A stretch of 62,930 nt of DNA, the filler included, from Reticulomyxa filosa (lineage: Eukaryota > Protista > Foraminifera), in NCBI GenBank assembly GCA_000512085.1. It is 20 parts of 20 records of this genome, joined end to end, with 100 filler letters (N's around TTAATTAATTAA, not from the genome) between each part and the next. Parts side by side here need not be neighbours in the genome. Positions count along the whole stretch, not along the records: positions 1 to 2,941 come from ASPP01025641.1; positions 3,042 to 4,499 come from ASPP01016584.1; positions 4,600 to 5,992 come from ASPP01009973.1; positions 6,093 to 7,957 come from ASPP01008802.1; positions 8,058 to 9,176 come from ASPP01006651.1; positions 9,277 to 11,177 come from ASPP01028813.1; positions 11,278 to 14,621 come from ASPP01021012.1; 13 more parts are not named here. One strand, written 5' to 3'. The notes under the pieces are model-generated. The model saw nothing but the letters and a program-made list of their open reading frames with translations, did not search any database and was not told the origin of the DNA. This document shows positions 1-11,475 of the stretch, one piece after another. Numbering within the stretch: position 1 is the first letter of the stretch; every line of letters begins with the position of its first letter. Both the position numbers and the translations under genes were made by a program.

Positions 1-35
<35 letters not shown>

Positions 36-1107
36 GTTAGAAATGATCAAATTACTATAATTCATCACTTGATTGTATAACTCCTTTTGCAACGGCTTGA
101 AACCGTAGGACATGTCCCTTTGGAATATCCCTTGGATCCACAGCACACTTATACAGCCCTGTCTCGGCCATGACTTTGTACGTTGCAAGTTTATATCTAC
201 GTCATTGCAGTCTCGATTTCGGATATCGTTCATTTCGAATACTTCTCCGACCTCTTCCATTATCAATGGTCGATTGTATTCCAATGTCAAATACTCTCTT
301 TTTTTTTAAAAAAAAAAAGTACTTATTTTTTGAAACTCTTTCTTTCTACACATATATACATATATACATATATGTATATATGTATATATAATATAATGGA
401 CGCAACAGAATATTGGAGTCCCAATAAGAGTTGTTGATCCACCGATTTAAATAACGTATACTTGTGGATGGCAACACACCGACAGCATGACGGAAAACGG
501 TATTGGACTTGGACGAAAGCAGTTGGTCCAATTGGTTGGGATAGTCTGGAGGGAGAGAGGGCTTCGACAGAAAAAGTTGGAGTGACTCCGACTTATTCTG
601 TTTGTACCAACTCATGTAATATGGCTTCACATGTTTGAAGATCTGACTGCAATCCACTGAAAAAATCCATTGAAATTTGTCTTTTGTCACATCCAATTGT
701 GTCAACTGCTGCTTCGTAAAATCCAACAAGTCTTGATGTGAGTAGTTGCCGAATTCGTACGTGCGAGATAACCATGTGTCAATCGCTATAGTGTGCACTT
801 CCCAATGCTGGTTTGATTCTTGCAAACGCTCTATCCATTGCTTGCTGTCCACAAACGCCTTGCTATGCGAATATCTTTGATTTGGACATTCACCTAGTAA
901 TAAATAATAACGTGGACTTGCATCTCTTTCTCGATTCTCTATTGGCGTTTGGCTCTTTTCGAAAAACGCTGCATTCACTGGATGAATGGAGTCTTTGAGT
1001 CGGTGGATCGATGACAGTGATGCTGCCAAGAAGCAAACGATTAGAACAATCAATAATTGCAACACAGATTTATATGTTAATTTCCAACCCAATATTTTTG
1101 AAATCAT
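1..1107 (-). CDS. Type II membrane or secreted protein of unknown function (glycosyltransferase-like topology), spliced, 3' partial
   Basis: ORF 346..1107 has an N-terminal hydrophobic anchor (VLQLLIVLIVCFLAASL). (TA)n-rich intron(s) lie at about 300-400. The downstream exon reads EYLTLEYNRPLIMEEVGEVF...LIISNNNN and runs into an (AAT)n repeat at the contig edge. Confidence 0.6.
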
Positions 1108-2007
1108 GGATGGATTACTTTGTATTAATGATATTTTAAGGGAGACACCTTACTTTTTTTTAAGAAAAAAACGTGCTGCGTTTAACCAACTTTTTGTCTT
1201 TTGACATTTCAAAGTAAATTTGATCTTTCTTGTTGGAGGCAAGTCAAAAAAAGCTTTGATATTTGGAAAAAAATATTTCACTAAAAAATAAAAAACGATT
1301 TTTATATTCTCATCGATTTTTTAATCATTGTTTTAAATTATTTGTCATTTTTGTAATATGATAGTTAATGATATTTTATTTTACTTTATTTTATGAAAGT
1401 AGCGATTTTGTTAAGCATAAGTCGGTATTTGTATTGTTGGCGATTGTGTTCTGTTTTTTACAATGATATCTTTGTGCTTTCCATTTTTATAGAAGAAAAA
1501 GTGGTATGCAAGAGCTGAAAAAAAGAAAGTGGCTAAATTTATTTCGTATTAAACATAAAAGACAATACTATAAAGTAATCCTTTCGTTTTGTATTTTTCT
1601 TCTCGTTATTGCTAACGAAATTATTGAATATTTCACTTATAGTTCCTTATATCAAAAAGCAAAAAGGCATTCAAAAGAGCAATAATTTCTTGAAGATAAC
1701 ATTAAACAACCGTTGTATTTTTTTAATCATTGATTGCTATGACATCCATTTCTTAGCATCAATCTGAGGGAAAAATTAAAAGAAATAATGCGTTCCAAAT
1801 TTTTCTGTAATATCTCTTGTTTTGTATCGTACGAGGGAAGCCAAACTTAATTTGTTAAAATGAAGTAAACATGAAGCAAAAAAAGCAACTAGTTTTTGAA
1901 CAAAATTTCCTGTTAACTGTGTTGGGTCTTAAGTGTGAACCAAAGCAAGACCTTTTTTTTTCCTCCAATAGCATACCGTTTTGATATATAATATTCCAAA
2001 TATTAGG

Positions 2008-2444
2008 TGAAAAGATTGGAAAGAAAAAATGACACAGGTGTGAGAAGAAAGACAGTAAGATTCACGTCTCACGTCTTAAACATTTGGGATTGAGAAACAT
2101 GTAGACAGGAGAGACTTGTAACACAACGATGAAAATAGGAAGTGACAATACTTGAAGCCCTTGAAAAGGCAGATACGAACAAAGATGGAAAAATTAGCTG
2201 GAGTGAATTTGATCAAATGGTGGCCCAATTTATAGGCAATGTTAATATTGCATTTTGTATTTTGCATAATTGATGTGCTTTGTCAATGGATTTTTTTTTT
2301 CCCCCTCCGCGATGCAACAGTTAGTATTTGAAATAGGATGTGGATGAAGAGAGGAAAATGAAATTGTGGACTAAATTTGGTGGAGACGAAAAAAATAAAG
2401 AGCAGTCCATTCTTATGGAAGTCGCGAGAGAAAACCTGGTTTGA
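2008..2444 (+). CDS. Small spliced EF-hand protein (5' end unresolved)
   Basis: The exon from 2139 reads EVTILEALEKADTNKDGKISWSEFDQMVAQFIGN, with a canonical 12-residue EF loop. After a GT-AG intron, the exon DVDEERKMKLWTKFGG...ENLV ends at TGA 2442-2444. It is not in the ORF track. Confidence 0.6.
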
Positions 2445-2724
2445 TATCAATCCACGCTTCTTTATTTTACTATTTACTTATATGCCATTTTATAATTTAT
2501 AACAACGTATTGATGATATGTTGTTATTTATTATTTTGTTATTTAATTTACTGTTGCAATAAACAATTTAATAATAGTGCATATTACTATAGCCACCTAT
2601 TGTACATAACTCATTGACTCTCCCAACAACAAATAAATAATAATAAAACAAAAATTGTAACTTCGGACTTTTTTATTTTTTTTTTGATTGGTTGTGATTT
2701 TCGAACATTTTCCGAAACAAACAA

Positions 2725-2760
<36 letters not shown>

Positions 2761-2776
2761 GTTGTTGTTGTTGTTA
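2725..2776. repeat. (ATT)n(GTT)n compound microsatellite
   Basis: Read directly from the sequence. Confidence 0.9.
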
Positions 2777-2941
2777 CAATAGCTGTCACAACAGCCAAGC
2801 TCGAAAGAAGAGGAAGCAGCCGGTGTGACGGAGCTGAAAAACCAAGTACTGTTTGTTTGTTTGTTTGCGTTATTCTGTTGTGTTTGGCTTGGAAATGGAT
2901 ATATAAATACAATACATGTGAAAGACCGAAATGGACGATAT

Positions 2942-3041
2942 NNNNNNNNNNNNNNNNNNNNNNNNNNNNNNNNNNNNNNNNNNNNTTAATTAATTAANNN
3001 NNNNNNNNNNNNNNNNNNNNNNNNNNNNNNNNNNNNNNNNN
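2942..3041. other. Artificial contig linker (first of 19)
   Basis: N44-TTAATTAATTAA-N44 gives stops in all six frames. Identical linkers at 4500-4599, 5993-6092, 7958-8057, 9177-9276, 11178-11277, 14622-14721, 18376-18475, 19946-20045, 30147-30246, 34418-34517, 41274-41373, 42704-42803, 48738-48837, 50773-50872, 54043-54142, 55400-55499, 58642-58741 and 60444-60543. Confidence 0.99.
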
Positions 3042-4400
3042 TGGAAATCCTTCGCAATTCCCAAGTCCTCAACCAACAGTGTATCACAGTGTTCAAACAA
3101 CTGCTCCTTTTTTGAATCTTTCTCTTGCTCAATCGATCGCTACCACTCAAAATTCAAATCTGTCACCTTTTCTGCATCCTGCCACTATTCCAATTTCTCA
3201 CCAAGCAAGCTCGATCCAAACAATCAATACTCTTATTTGTGGTTTATTTGCAATGACCTTGTTATTGTGGATTTAAATACAAAAAGAAGATATTTGTCAT
3301 TCAAAAAAGATAATGGGCGTGTGCAATTTGCTGAATGATCAATGTCATGGAGGCGGCCACGTGCAAAGCCTGTGGGTATTCCAAGCTGAAATATCAATCG
3401 ATAACTTGCTTGTCCGAGTCAATGCTTCTACAGACTGAGTAAAAAGAGCAAAAAAAAGAAAAGAAAGTTACAATTGTGCCAAACGAACACCAATCTAAAC
3501 CTTCCGAAAGCGTGACAAAAGTGGACGCTGAGACAGTGTCTTTACAAACAGAGCCTAATTTGGTGTCCGAAAAGCCACAAGAAATTCCAACGCAAACTGA
3601 AAGCAAAGCACCAAAGGAGCCAGAAAAAGTGTATAGTCTGTACCACCACAGACAGTGGCCACACAAGAATCATCATCTGCATCGGAACAGCAAAAGCCAC
3701 AGTCAGAGACATAGCCACAAGCACAAACACAAGAACAAGTACAATCGGAATCAAAGAGACTAAAAGCGACAAAGATAAAGTTTTTGGAAGAACTAAAAAG
3801 CAAGGTGCATCAAGTGGAAGAATCAAAAGAAGCGACATTGGAAGAGAAAAAGGAGAAAATTCGAAAGGGGGTTTGAATGAGTATTTTATTGCAATACCAA
3901 AAAGAGTACCAACAGCAAAAGATGAAAGAAGAGATGGAAAAGCAGAAAAAGGGCACAACAACGGAATAAAGGCGCAAAATTCGAGAACAAAGACAAACCA
4001 AGCCTTTGGCGAAACTAAAAAATCAAACGAAAAAAGACTTGTCTGAAAAAAGTCGACTGGCGTTTCAACAGAGACAGCAATACATTGTGGATTGGAAATC
4101 GGCAGATGAGTTGGTAAAGCAACGCAAACAGCATAAAAATAATAAAAGAACGTAAAAGAAGAACGCAAAGTTGGCACTCGACCTGCAGAAAGTCAACGAA
4201 ATCAAAGAGCAAATCAAGCTTGCTATTGACATCGAATTGAAAAAATTATATGAAACTGAAAAGCCGAACAAGTCGAGACAACTGAACAAATTCAAAAAGT
4301 TGAACCCGCCGAAAAAGCTGAAAAATTTGAGCAAAAGACAACATAACTGAATCTTATACATACTACAATAGAATGCAAAGTAAAGTTGACACTTAAAACG
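3042..4400 (+). pseudogene. Disrupted K/E-rich coiled-coil gene
   Basis: Purine-rich, coding-like sequence (e.g. QKEYQQQKMKEEMEKQKK) broken by several stops and frameshifts. Confidence 0.5.
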
Positions 4401-5218
4401 GCACCTTATAGAGATGATTGATTTTCTTCGTGAAAAAACAACACCAGACCTAATTTTTTTAAAAAAAATATCTACAAATCGTGTACTTTTTAAATATCAN
4501 NNNNNNNNNNNNNNNNNNNNNNNNNNNNNNNNNNNNNNNNNNNTTAATTAATTAANNNNNNNNNNNNNNNNNNNNNNNNNNNNNNNNNNNNNNNNNNNNA
4601 TTCCGGGTTTTTAAAAACCCGGAATTCAAACCCTTTCGGTTCCAACGTACTTTTTTTTAAAAAAAAAAGAGCGCAAGGAACACACAAACTCACAAAAAAG
4701 TTCTTGAGAACTGGGTTGGGGAAATTCGCAAACTCGCAAATGTGAGGGGGGAAAAATACAAATTAACGGAGTTTATAAAAAGTTCTGTTTGTACACTGGA
4801 GAGTAAATCAAAAGGCAGAAAATTTAATGGAAACCAGCATGAAAAGTGTAAAATACTAACAACATTGGAGGAATACAACAGAAAAGAAGGTAGGAAGATT
4901 AAATTTCTTTGAGGAGGGTAAAAGGGCACCCTCTCCAAAAAAAAATAAATTCTTTTTTGTTTTTGCGCCACGCTTTTGAAAAAGAAATGAGTATTGGCCA
5001 CAAACTACTTTTGTATATAGATGTGATAGTGCCAGTTAAAGATATTTACTAAAAATTAAACTATCAAGTTTGGTAAGATATATGCCAAGATATGCCATAC
5101 AACCATTGTTTAAATACTAGATTCTTCTACAACGTTTTTCAGCAAAAAAAAAAAAAAAAGCAACTAGTTTTTTTTTTAAATCAGCACCCCTAAAACAAAA
5201 AAGGGGTTCGTCAATGCA

Positions 5219-5950
5219 TTGTTCATGTTGATGTTGCGTTTGAGGATATTCACCAAGTCTTCATATTTCCAAAAACATGGTCATATCGTGTCAGATAAAC
5301 TTGGCTGTGTGGTATGGAGAAAAAACTGGCTAAAATATGAGTTTTGCTCTCAAGCAAAAGAACAGAAGGAGAAAGAGAGCGAAAAGCCATCAGGAAGCAA
5401 TGAAAAAGATAAAAGATTGGAGAATATGACAGAGACAGAGAATAAAGAGACACAAAGTGGAGAAAAAAAATTTGAGTATAAGCCGAGCCTAGAAGAAAAA
5501 GCAAAGCGTAATAAGCAGTATCACTCAATGTTTTCATCAACAGTGAAAGACGAAGAGATACCATTGACGATAACGCCGAAGCAAAAGTTGCGAGAATGGA
5601 CGAGGATGTACCATATGAATCTAAGTGCATCCTGGATAAAGCGTGAGTTGGGGATTCCAATTTTTGCATTGATGAAAAAGTATGGACAAGTGAAATATTA
5701 CCAACGGCTATATGCCAGTCGCATTTTGCGAAGAGAAGGCCTGGGCAAGCAATGGAAGCCACACGTGGTGAGCTATCCAACAGAAGTGCACATGGATCAG
5801 GAAATGCTATACAAGTATAATGAAGAGAGTGCGAAAGACCCATTTAGTGCAAGAAACAAGTTGAAAGATAAGCGAGACATTGATGAGCAAGATTTATTTC
5901 ATTTTTTTTATGAAAGGTCCCCTCTCGGATATTTTCTCAGACAAGGTTAA
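5219..5950 (+). CDS. Hypothetical protein, possible mitochondrial presequence, probably 3' partial
   Basis: 243-aa ORF with an R/L/S/K-rich N-terminus. It ends at AG|GTTAAA, a likely donor, followed by (TA)n. Confidence 0.65.
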   Translation: MFMLMLRLRIFTKSSYFQKHGHIVSDKLGCVVWRKNWLKYEFCSQAKEQKEKESEKPSGSNEKDKRLENMTETENKETQSGEKKFEYKPSLEEKAKRNKQYHSMFSSTVKDEEIPLTITPKQKLREWTRMYHMNLSASWIKRELGIPIFALMKKYGQVKYYQRLYASRILRREGLGKQWKPHVVSYPTEVHMDQEMLYKYNEESAKDPFSARNKLKDKRDIDEQDLFHFFYERSPLGYFLRQG

Positions 5951-5957
5951 ATATATA

Positions 5958-5992
<35 letters not shown>

Positions 5993-6199
5993 NNNNNNNN
6001 NNNNNNNNNNNNNNNNNNNNNNNNNNNNNNNNNNNNTTAATTAATTAANNNNNNNNNNNNNNNNNNNNNNNNNNNNNNNNNNNNNNNNNNNNTGGATTGT
6101 TTTTTTTTTTTTTGCAAAAAAAATGGCAGCTGCACCAATTTCGACAAAAGATATACATTTCCATTAATTTGATTTTTCCATTTGAAACAATTTTTTTTT

Positions 6200-6700
6200 G
6201 TTTTGCTTTATAAGATTACCTCGTTTTCTTCTCTCATTTCTCTGTTCACTTCATTTTGCAACAATTGTATCTTTTTACGTAATTCTTCATTCTCTCTTTT
6301 TATTTGTTGTCTTCTTGAGTGCTTTGAATTGGTTTTCTATTTCAAAATGGCATCACACATATGCATATATTCATACTTTTGACTCCAATGATTTTTTTTT
6401 TGTATCCCTCCATTTTTTTTTTTCGTACAGGTTGCTCATGCATTGGCTTCTCGCTTTTTTTTCGTGAGCTTCTTTCTGTGTTTGTTAAAAGAGTGTGAGG
6501 TCATGTTTTAGAAGCGAAGAAAATTTAATTTTGAACCTTTTGGCTCCATTTTTCTTGACATGTTTGATTGAATCTTTATTATCTCGATGTCAATTACCAA
6601 GCCCAAAGTTTTTGTTGATGTATTCGTTCAGTATAGTGTTTTCACTTGCCTTCGGACGTTCGTTGCTGCTTTTGTAGTGATTTTGGTTTATTAATGTGCT
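6200..6700 (-). pseudogene. Degraded coiled-coil gene fragment
   Basis: Exon-like KRENEELRKKIQLLQNEVNREMREENE with splice sites. The upstream exon carries in-frame TGA and TAA. Confidence 0.4.
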
Positions 6701-7573
6701 GTTATCAATTATATGACATTATTTATAATATTTTTTAAATTATTTATAATCTGCATTTCACGATTGCAAAAGATGAGAACAATCGTATGTCTTTGAAGAA
6801 AAAGAAAAGAACGTTTAATCGAATGAGTTACTGATGTGCACAGATACATAAATAATGTGAAAATTCACAATAATAAACAATTTTCCATTATAATTTAATT
6901 TTTCTGAACTAATTTCATTTGCTTTTATTTTTCTTAAGAATAATATATAGAGATACTTCATTGACTAACAGAAGGTCTAAAGGCTTGAAACTACTTTCAT
7001 CTTAAAACTCTTACGAAATTCTTTCGACTATTTTTGTTTCTAATTATTATCCCTTTTTTTTTCTTAATTTGACTTTTCATTTACTATAAATCTTACTTAA
7101 AGAAGTAATATATTTCGTATTACGCTTACTTTCGTGCGCTTCAATAAACAAATAAATTAATTGGATTTTGATTAAATATAAGGTTCATGAAGTAAATTTA
7201 TACAAATTCAATCTTTTTTTAATTTTATTTGCACACAGTGATGACAATTTTTGGATTTAATGAATTTTTGAGAAGATTTATATCGCGCAAGTTTTACTTC
7301 TGCTTGTTGAGGCAAGCAGACAAATTTGAATAGTAAGACGTAAAAAGCAAATTATTAAGCAACAAACAGCGTTGGAGTTAAAGCAAAAAACAGCGGGTCT
7401 TAAAAACCCTGAAGAAAATTTTTAAAAAAATATAAAAAGGCTACGACAGGAAAAAAAGTTGTGTAGTACTTTTGTCGCCGCAAAGGGTCATTATACGGGC
7501 AGAAAATTAGGAAAGAACAAAGGAACAACGTAATCCTCAAGCGATAGTGTCGACTTGATTTGTAGAGGTCAAT

Positions 7574-7859
7574 ATGCGTTCAAGTGTCAAACCACAACGT
7601 TCCAACAACTCTAATGATGCTTCAAACCTCAATCCTTTGGCTTCAGAAGTTTCGATCATTGTTGTTTTTTTTTAAGAAAAACTTTCTCCTTGCCCCTTTG
7701 CAGTATCCAACATGCCGCAAAGAGTAAAAGAAAAACAGTTGGAGCAAACGAATAAAACAGTTCGAGCCACAAGTTGAGTCGAATGACACCAACGAGATTG
7801 AAGTGAATAGTCGAAAAGAGCCATTTGACAATGAAGTGGTCCTACAAAACCTAGTTTTG
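7574..7859 (+). pseudogene. Spliced gene fragment with an in-frame TAA
   Basis: MRSSVKPQ...LASE, then a GT-AG intron, then YPTCRKE*KKNSWSKR... Confidence 0.35.
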
Positions 7860-8057
7860 TGAGCGCACGAAGTGTGTGTGTGTGTGAAATGACTTTACAC
7901 AAAACCGCATTTATTTATTTATTTATTTTTTGCGTACATTGTTGTGTTTGAAAATGTNNNNNNNNNNNNNNNNNNNNNNNNNNNNNNNNNNNNNNNNNNN
8001 NTTAATTAATTAANNNNNNNNNNNNNNNNNNNNNNNNNNNNNNNNNNNNNNNNNNNN

Positions 8058-8091
<34 letters not shown>

Positions 8092-8216
8092 AGGGCAAAA
8101 AAGTTTTTCTTCCCCCTTTTCCTCTTTTTTTTTTGTTTCGCCTCCTCCAAAAGGGGGTTAGACCCCCCTTTTCAGGTTAAAACTTTTTTTGTTTTGTTTT
8201 GGGATGGGCATTTCTA

Positions 8217-8639
8217 GGCACGGTGTATTTGTTTACACCGCGAGAAGACATGTTGAATGGCTTAAGACCTCATTCATTGTGGAGCTTAGACATATTTTTA
8301 GTAAATGACAAAATGAAACGCTTGCTGTATTTCTCCCTCCACGCGGTTAGCAAATTGTTCAAACATGACCATGCCAACGATGAACCAATGAGTGAAGACT
8401 TTGAAGCGATGGACTTGGACATGGGTGATGGCAAGTATCAGCACGACGAAGACGCCACCATGGGTTGGTTATCTCAAAATGAAATGTCTCCTCCTCCTCC
8501 GCAAATCGCTGATCATCACAATGACCTTTTTTGGAGGCCTATCGATGTGACGACTAAGAGTAAGCTTGACATTAGTGTTGATTGGATTTCATCCAGAAAT
8601 AATCCCCCACCTTTAGAGCACAGTGACATTGCCGAATAA
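8217..8639 (+). CDS. MAF1: Repressor of RNA polymerase III transcription MAF1 homolog, last exon
   Basis: VYLFTP...SLWSLDIFLVNDKMKRLLYFS resembles MAF1 box C (VYSYNP...SLWSFNYFFYNKKLKRI) and is followed by an acidic tail. An acceptor TTCTAG ends at 8216. Confidence 0.65.
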   Translation, partial: GTVYLFTPREDMLNGLRPHSLWSLDIFLVNDKMKRLLYFSLHAVSKLFKHDHANDEPMSEDFEAMDLDMGDGKYQHDEDATMGWLSQNEMSPPPPQIADHHNDLFWRPIDVTTKSKLDISVDWISSRNNPPPLEHSDIAE

Positions 8640-9276
8640 TTCACTATCAATCCGACAACTAAACAAGTCTGGCAAAAAAAAAAAAAACAAACAATTTTGT
8701 TTATGCATTGTTTTGTGTCAACATCAATATCCTTTTTTAAAACAACAAAACCACCGCTATCATTAGAACATTGAAAAATATGTCTTTTTCTCAGTGTTCG
8801 TTGTTTATTTGCACATTGATTCGGATGGTTAGCATTTTGTCTTTTTTGTTAAGTTGAAATGTTTTAGTTTTTTTGTTGTTTTGTTTTTTTTCCCCTTTCC
8901 TTTTGAGCCTCTTTTGGATTTCGCTTCTTTTCATCACCCTTTGTCAATGTGTTCTTTAGGGTACTAAAGAAAGTTTTTGAACATAATTGGACTTGAGTGT
9001 TTGCTTTAATTATTTCACCAAAAGAAACAATGCTGTTCCTTTTGTCAATTGCACGTAATTGGAGAAAGTGGCCTAACATCTTTTCTTCACACATTGAATA
9101 TAGGAATCCAACTTTGTGATGTAGTTGTTGTTAGTGACAAAAAAGGACTTTTTGTATTGGATGACAGGAATCGGCANNNNNNNNNNNNNNNNNNNNNNNN
9201 NNNNNNNNNNNNNNNNNNNNTTAATTAATTAANNNNNNNNNNNNNNNNNNNNNNNNNNNNNNNNNNNNNNNNNNNN

Positions 9277-10660
9277 ACGAGTTGTACGAAGAGGAGAAGC
9301 TTACATATGAAGCAGAGCTTTTTACATTGGAAAAATTAAAACAAGAGATGGTCGAAAAGGAGGCCGAGTTTGAGCTACGCACACGTGAACAAGAGATGCT
9401 TGGTCGGACTTCGAAAAAGCCCGGAGGAAGTGGTAGAGAATGAAGAGAACCACCGACATGCAGACGGTTATGACGATGAAGAGGAGGAGAGAGGCGACTA
9501 CTACAATAACAATACACATAGCCACTGCGAATGGACACGGAGTTTATCCCTTGAACGGGAAATCGCAAGTGCCGTCCCGCGAGTATAAAAAGCTGCATGA
9601 AGAAAGACGGCGTGGAAAAGCGTTGAAAGGAGCAATTGGATAAATGTATTAAATAGGTTGGAAACGAAGGAAGAATTGGAGCAGTTGGACGACGCCACAG
9701 CGATCACGCAGTCCGTGCACAATGAAATAGTTGAAGCTCGCCACATCGCAACGCGCGCGCACTTGGAGCAAGAGAGGCAAGAACCTCGTCAAGCAAGCAT
9801 TAACGAAATAGCAATGTTGCAAAACAGAGTCTATCACTGTTCCACGACTGACAAATGGACCCATGGCATCATCATCATCGTCATTCATCATCAACAAGAA
9901 CATCAAAGATATAATGACACGGCGAATGGGGCAATATGAAGAAAATACTGCCAATTGCTGATGATATTTTACAATGCACGTAAAAATAAACTGTTGCGAG
10001 CTTTTGATGAGTTTGACGGCTGTCATTTGATGGCGATGATGATGATGAGGATCAATAACAATTCGTTCCTGCATAGAGTCCTTTGCCTAGAGAGGAGAAT
10101 GATAATCAGATTGATGCAAATGGTGCAAGTGTGCAAGACAAAGCTCAAATATAATTCCGGATGTGTTGAAAGAATATCTGCACCGCGGTGAAAATAAAAT
10201 ACCCGAAAGTGAATGTGTGAAGTCGGACGAACTGATTCCGCAAAGTGCAATTCGAACCTTTTTTTTTTGTAACTACTTTGAACGCATGACTCAGATCATG
10301 CGCAGGCCGAAAAAACAAAGGCCAAAAAGATTGCCAAGTCTAATGCCACATGACACCCCAGCACTTATGAGTCGTTTTTCGACAAGGCCAAACAGAACAT
10401 GTTCGCCTGATCCATCTCAAAATTTTCTTTCTCCTTCGTCTCATAGAGTTTTGTAAATGATAATAACATATTTATACTTTACATTTTCATTTGCTCGTAT
10501 TTGTTTTTCTCTGCAGGGGAATACACAAACATTGCGTAACATTCGAAGGAAAGTTCCTGACAATAAGCCTGTCAACAAAAACCAAAACGAAGCGCAAACG
10601 CCTTTGCACCAACTTAGACAAGTTGAAAGTTTTTTTCAGCGTGTGTGTCAGCTACGGTTG
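9277..10660 (+). pseudogene. Frameshifted coiled-coil protein gene (pseudogene or poor consensus)
   Basis: E/K-rich heptad segments (ELYEEEKLTYEAELFTLEKLKQEM; ETKEELEQLDD...) switch frame at least three times. Confidence 0.5.
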
Positions 10661-11475
10661 TAATTGTGATTATGAGTTGTTTATAATTAATTAATGTAAA
10701 ATAAAATTAAACTGATGATATCCCAACATTTACTTTTCCTCCATTTAAAAAACTTTAAAAAATAAGCAAATATTTAATTTAAAAATTGAGGATAAAGAAA
10801 ATGCTATCATTAGCCCTTTTTTCACAATATTTTGAAATTTTTTTGTTATACTCAACACTGTAACGGTTTATTGAACAACATTTCAAGCTTGTCAATGTTG
10901 TATATGTGGTATGTTATAGTGTTGCTTCATCTGAAAAATTAATGGAATTATAGAATATTGACTCTAGAAAAAATATACAAAATCTAATGGCATAACAACT
11001 AATGTGTGCCATTGGCTACATGCAAATTGAGCAAATGACGCTATTACTAGCAAAGATTTTTCATCAAATTTAGAAACGAATTAAACGCTTCATTCATCAA
11101 TAAGATAATTAATTGAAACTTCCAACTATACAATAACTTGAATAAATCAACACCACCAAAAAAAGATTTGATGTTTGNNNNNNNNNNNNNNNNNNNNNNN
11201 NNNNNNNNNNNNNNNNNNNNNTTAATTAATTAANNNNNNNNNNNNNNNNNNNNNNNNNNNNNNNNNNNNNNNNNNNNGTGTTTGTGAGTGCATTGTGCAG
11301 ATTTTTTTTTTCTCGGAAGGTGTATGTCGAATGCTACTTTGCTTTAGCCAAACACAAATAAAAATTTGATAAGTTCTTTGCTGGACAAAAAATGAAGGTC
11401 CAGTTTATGGACATATATATAATCCAAAGCATTTTAAAAGGTTACATCAAACCTCAGTTTCATTCATTTTTTTTT

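Noticed and set aside
2986-2997. TTAATTAATTAA repeated 19 times at irregular spacing, superficially like a dispersed repeat or array
   Set aside because: It is always centred in exactly 88 Ns, so it is an artificial six-frame-stop linker. ORFs ending in X...LIN are artefacts.
4600-4625. Perfect 26-bp palindrome ATTCCGGGTTTTTAAAAACCCGGAAT
   Set aside because: It sits exactly at a contig edge in homopolymer-inflated, low-quality sequence, with no partner terminus or transposase.
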